From contig JAUCBJ010000407.1 in assembly GCA_032718475.1 (NCBI GenBank), positions 44,884-108,883 of the forward strand: DNA of 64,000 nt, read 5' to 3'. The position numbers were made by a program, and so were the translations under genes. Positions 60,844 to 64,000 of the stretch are shown in pieces. This DNA comes from Nemertoderma westbladi. Taxonomy: Eukaryota > Animalia > Xenacoelomorpha. Positions within the stretch are counted from its first letter, which is position 1, and each line of letters starts with the position of its first letter. The notes beneath the pieces were generated by a model. It did not search any database. It saw only the letters and a program-made list of their open reading frames with translations, and was not told the DNA's origin.

Positions 60844-61946
60844 ATATCTGAATCAATCGGGCAATGTTATGGTATTGACTAACCAATCAGCGGACACCAA
60901 AAAACTTTTTGTCAATATTATTATAATTTGTACTGCGGCACACGTTCGTGAGGCTCTCTCGCAGGTTGAAAGAAATATTTCACACTTTTTTTCAATTTTC
61001 ATCAAAGATTTTGAGTTATTTTTTACATTTACCAACAGATAGACAACGGTTGAAGCATCAGTACCGGTACCTACTGTACTGTTACTGTATGGTGTATGCT
61101 AAACTCGCTTACTTCATTGCTCGCTCCACATTACGCCATTGATAATGGCAAGTACGCTAAAAGATTGTCTACTGATGCGATATAAATCAAGACGCCTTTT
61201 AACTCAAACATTTTCCGACAATCTTGTAATGGTTAATTCAAACAGCGCAACACGTGGCTTACCATAAGCAAATGTGACCTTTGTATAATAAGTTCAAGTA
61301 TTATAAAGGTCTATTATATTGGTAAAGTTAAGTATGGTTGAGGTACACTAGTTAGGCCTACTGTAAGTGTTACTACATGCCTTCGCCAACCCTTATATTG
61401 TAATAACACGTGTCCGGGTTATTGACTTTCTCTACCCGATAAAACTGATACAAATGATACCATGTCTCCTTCCTTATCAGCATGATCTCAGCACGTATTG
61501 TGCACGAGTCTTAGGCTCAGTCATCTTGGAACAGCCATGTTTAACGAACGAAATTTTCGGTTAATCAAACCATTTCATTCAACAGCAACTATATTAACCA
61601 TCATAAAGTAAATGTAACTTTTTTCAGCACTTTGAGAATTAAGAGAATGCTCTACATTTCTCCATTTCTAAACGCTCAAATAAATAGCTTATATTTAATA
61701 ATTTACTGGTAAAAAATTCTTGCTCGCAAAAGTCGATGTCGAAAGAAAGGAAATCATCTTTGCGATAAACTTAAACTATTAATTTGGAGTCAAAAGTTGT
61801 TTGGGTCTGAATAACGTTAGCACAAGTAATTAATAATTAATTATAGTCAGAAACAAGAAACAACGATGATTAATAATGATAATACAGTAATACGATATGA
61901 ATCAGTTTGATTTGTACAATAAAACAATATAAATTACAAATCATTG

Positions 61947-62224
61947 CGCCCATGTGAAGAATACCAGGATTGCACTTTTCGGTGGACATTTTATTGGAAT
62001 TTTATATATGAATATTTTTTATTTTTTTTAAATTTATCTTTATTAAGTGTTTTGTAGCGCTTATTTCTGTTTTATAACCTGTACATATACTAATTCGTTT
62101 ATTGTTTTGATTAGATTAAGCCCTTCTGTAACCTGTATTTTTGGTGAAAACCTGGTATTCTTCACATGGGGTAACTGCAAAGTGAAATATAGCGGCAGAA
62201 AGTCTGGTATTCTTCACATGGGCC
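61947..62224. mobile_element. Merlin-like MITE
   Basis: Exact 8-bp TSD AATCATTG (61939/62225); TIR (G/C)GCCCATGTGAAGAATACCAG; extra internal TIR copy at 62151-62170. Confidence 0.82.
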
Positions 62225-64000
62225 AATCATTGTATCAATAATTTAATTAAGTATATACTGCGATCGATTAAACCATGAGAAACAATGTATACACTTCGTA
62301 TTTATCATACACAAAATCGAAGCTTTCAAATAAATGTTGGCCTACTTCGGTTAAAAATAACCGAGTGTTGGAAGCACAAGTTGCATTCGCCGCCGTATTA
62401 TTGTCCGTTAGGTTGGCTATAACCTTGTCTTGAAACTCATGTTATTACAGTTTAACATTACATGTCACGAAGTAAATATGTCTCTCATCTACACCCTGTG
62501 CCACAATAGGTCTTTTAATTCAGATACTTAAGACTCTCCCACCCCCATATTTTTATACAAATATTAATGAGATCGCATGAAATTAGAAACAGAGATAGTT
62601 TATTATTCTCTTTCTTCCTCAGTGGGTGAGCCAACATTTTTAATTTCGCTTTCAATCTTTAGAGCTACAAGCGTTTTGAAAAAGGTATCTCCATCGATAC
62701 TGCACCAGTTATATATACCGCAGTTATCAGTGTGGGGGGGGGGGTCGGATGACTCAAAGCCACTGAATTACGACTCAATAATACTGGAAATTTGTATTAA
62801 CTTAGTAATTTTGATAATTTAATTATCCAAATATTTACAGAATAACACTAAAAGATAAAAGGCATACGTCCGACGTCATCAACTGCCCCCAGCATTATTA
62901 ACGTCAGTCAATTTTCTGTTGGTAGGGGAGGGGGCTATTGTTTGTCATTTTGCTTGAGTTAGGGTTTTTAAGTACGCCTATTGTCCTTTTGTACAGAAAC
63001 CTAACAATTAGGGCAAAATATGGGGTGTACCGGTAGCACAGCTAGTATAGTTTCAGTATGAGCTGAGCACTAAATGATATATATTGAAACTAATACTTAA
63101 TACTATAAAGCTGATATTTTCTAAGTAAATATATATAAGTCTACGTACTGTAATGTAATCTTCACTATATCTCTTGAAATAAAATATATCGGTAATTTTA
63201 GTAACTTCAAGGTTAGTTAATAATTAATCAAGATGAAAAAAATCCCATAAATTGTTCGATTTACTAGTGTTTTAAAATTTCACCTCTCAGTTAGCAAAAT
63301 AGGCTGTTTATTTTATATTTAAATTAGTCTTAAATAATCTTGAATAATCCTTACAGTATAATTATCATGTTATATGTTGTCCGTTATTTAAACAAGAACA
63401 ACACACACAAACAGAGTAAATATGAGAAGAAAAGTTAAAATATAAGTTAAATATTTAACGTATATTTGGTTTATTTGTATTATAATTTGGTGAATTATTT
63501 ATTAAATTTTGGTTGTGTTGTTATGACTGAGGTTTTCGCGGACTACGTAAACTTAACGTAAACGTACGCCAAACTTAAAATGAAAATTGTTAAATAAAAC
63601 TGAACATTCGACATGGCAGATTCGAGCAATAAGCTTGTTCCTTGTATAACAGCAACATAATAACATGAATGTGGTAACTTTAAAGTGAATGATAGAGTTC
63701 AAACTCCTGTCCACCCCTATAGGATTGGCTAATAATTACCATAAGGTTTCCATTAAGTAAATACGAACTGCAGATACTGTTTGGATACAAAGAAAGTTAA
63801 TATCCGAACGTAAAAATTAGTTGACCTGTTTGCGGTGTTGTGTTTGTAAAACAAGTTGATTTTGGGTCGATTCGATATGCTTTTAGTTGTTTCAAGGAAA
63901 AACAAGTACAATACCAATTGCTTAATATTAAATAGTTAATAACATCGTATTTTCATAGAGCGCCTTCATCAACCATGTAACACTGTTCATAAAATATTGC

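Overview
Eukaryotic (animal-like, AT-rich, transposon-dense) genomic DNA, not prokaryotic. There are five host genes, each a single uninterrupted ORF: a type-I-like PKA regulatory subunit with an acylation-type N-terminus instead of a dimerization domain, RCHY1/Pirh2, TMEM64, a sigma-class GST and cystathionine beta-synthase. They lie among many MITE/foldback elements (Merlin-like with GG ends and 8-bp TSDs, P-like with CAAGG ends, Harbinger-like), two copies of a tRNA-derived SINE, a decayed RTE-clade LINE and an intact pogo-family DD35D+PHD transposon. The main feature is a recent, full-length 18.9-kb Bel/Pao LTR retrotransposon (29337-48202; 2.2-kb LTRs; CACTG TSD) with three unusual properties. 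(i) The env position holds an intact 1235-aa ORF with a WRN/EXD2/Mut-7-like DEDDy 3'-5' exonuclease, three CCHC knuckles and RG motifs. (ii) Nine copies of a covarying stem-loop (consensus CCARACC-YGYG-GGTYTGG) recur every ~1.1-2.2 kb through coding and non-coding sequence. (iii) There is no tRNA-type PBS; a 12-nt LTR segment is complementary to the PBS position, suggesting self-priming. All calls are from reading the sequence by eye; no searches were run.
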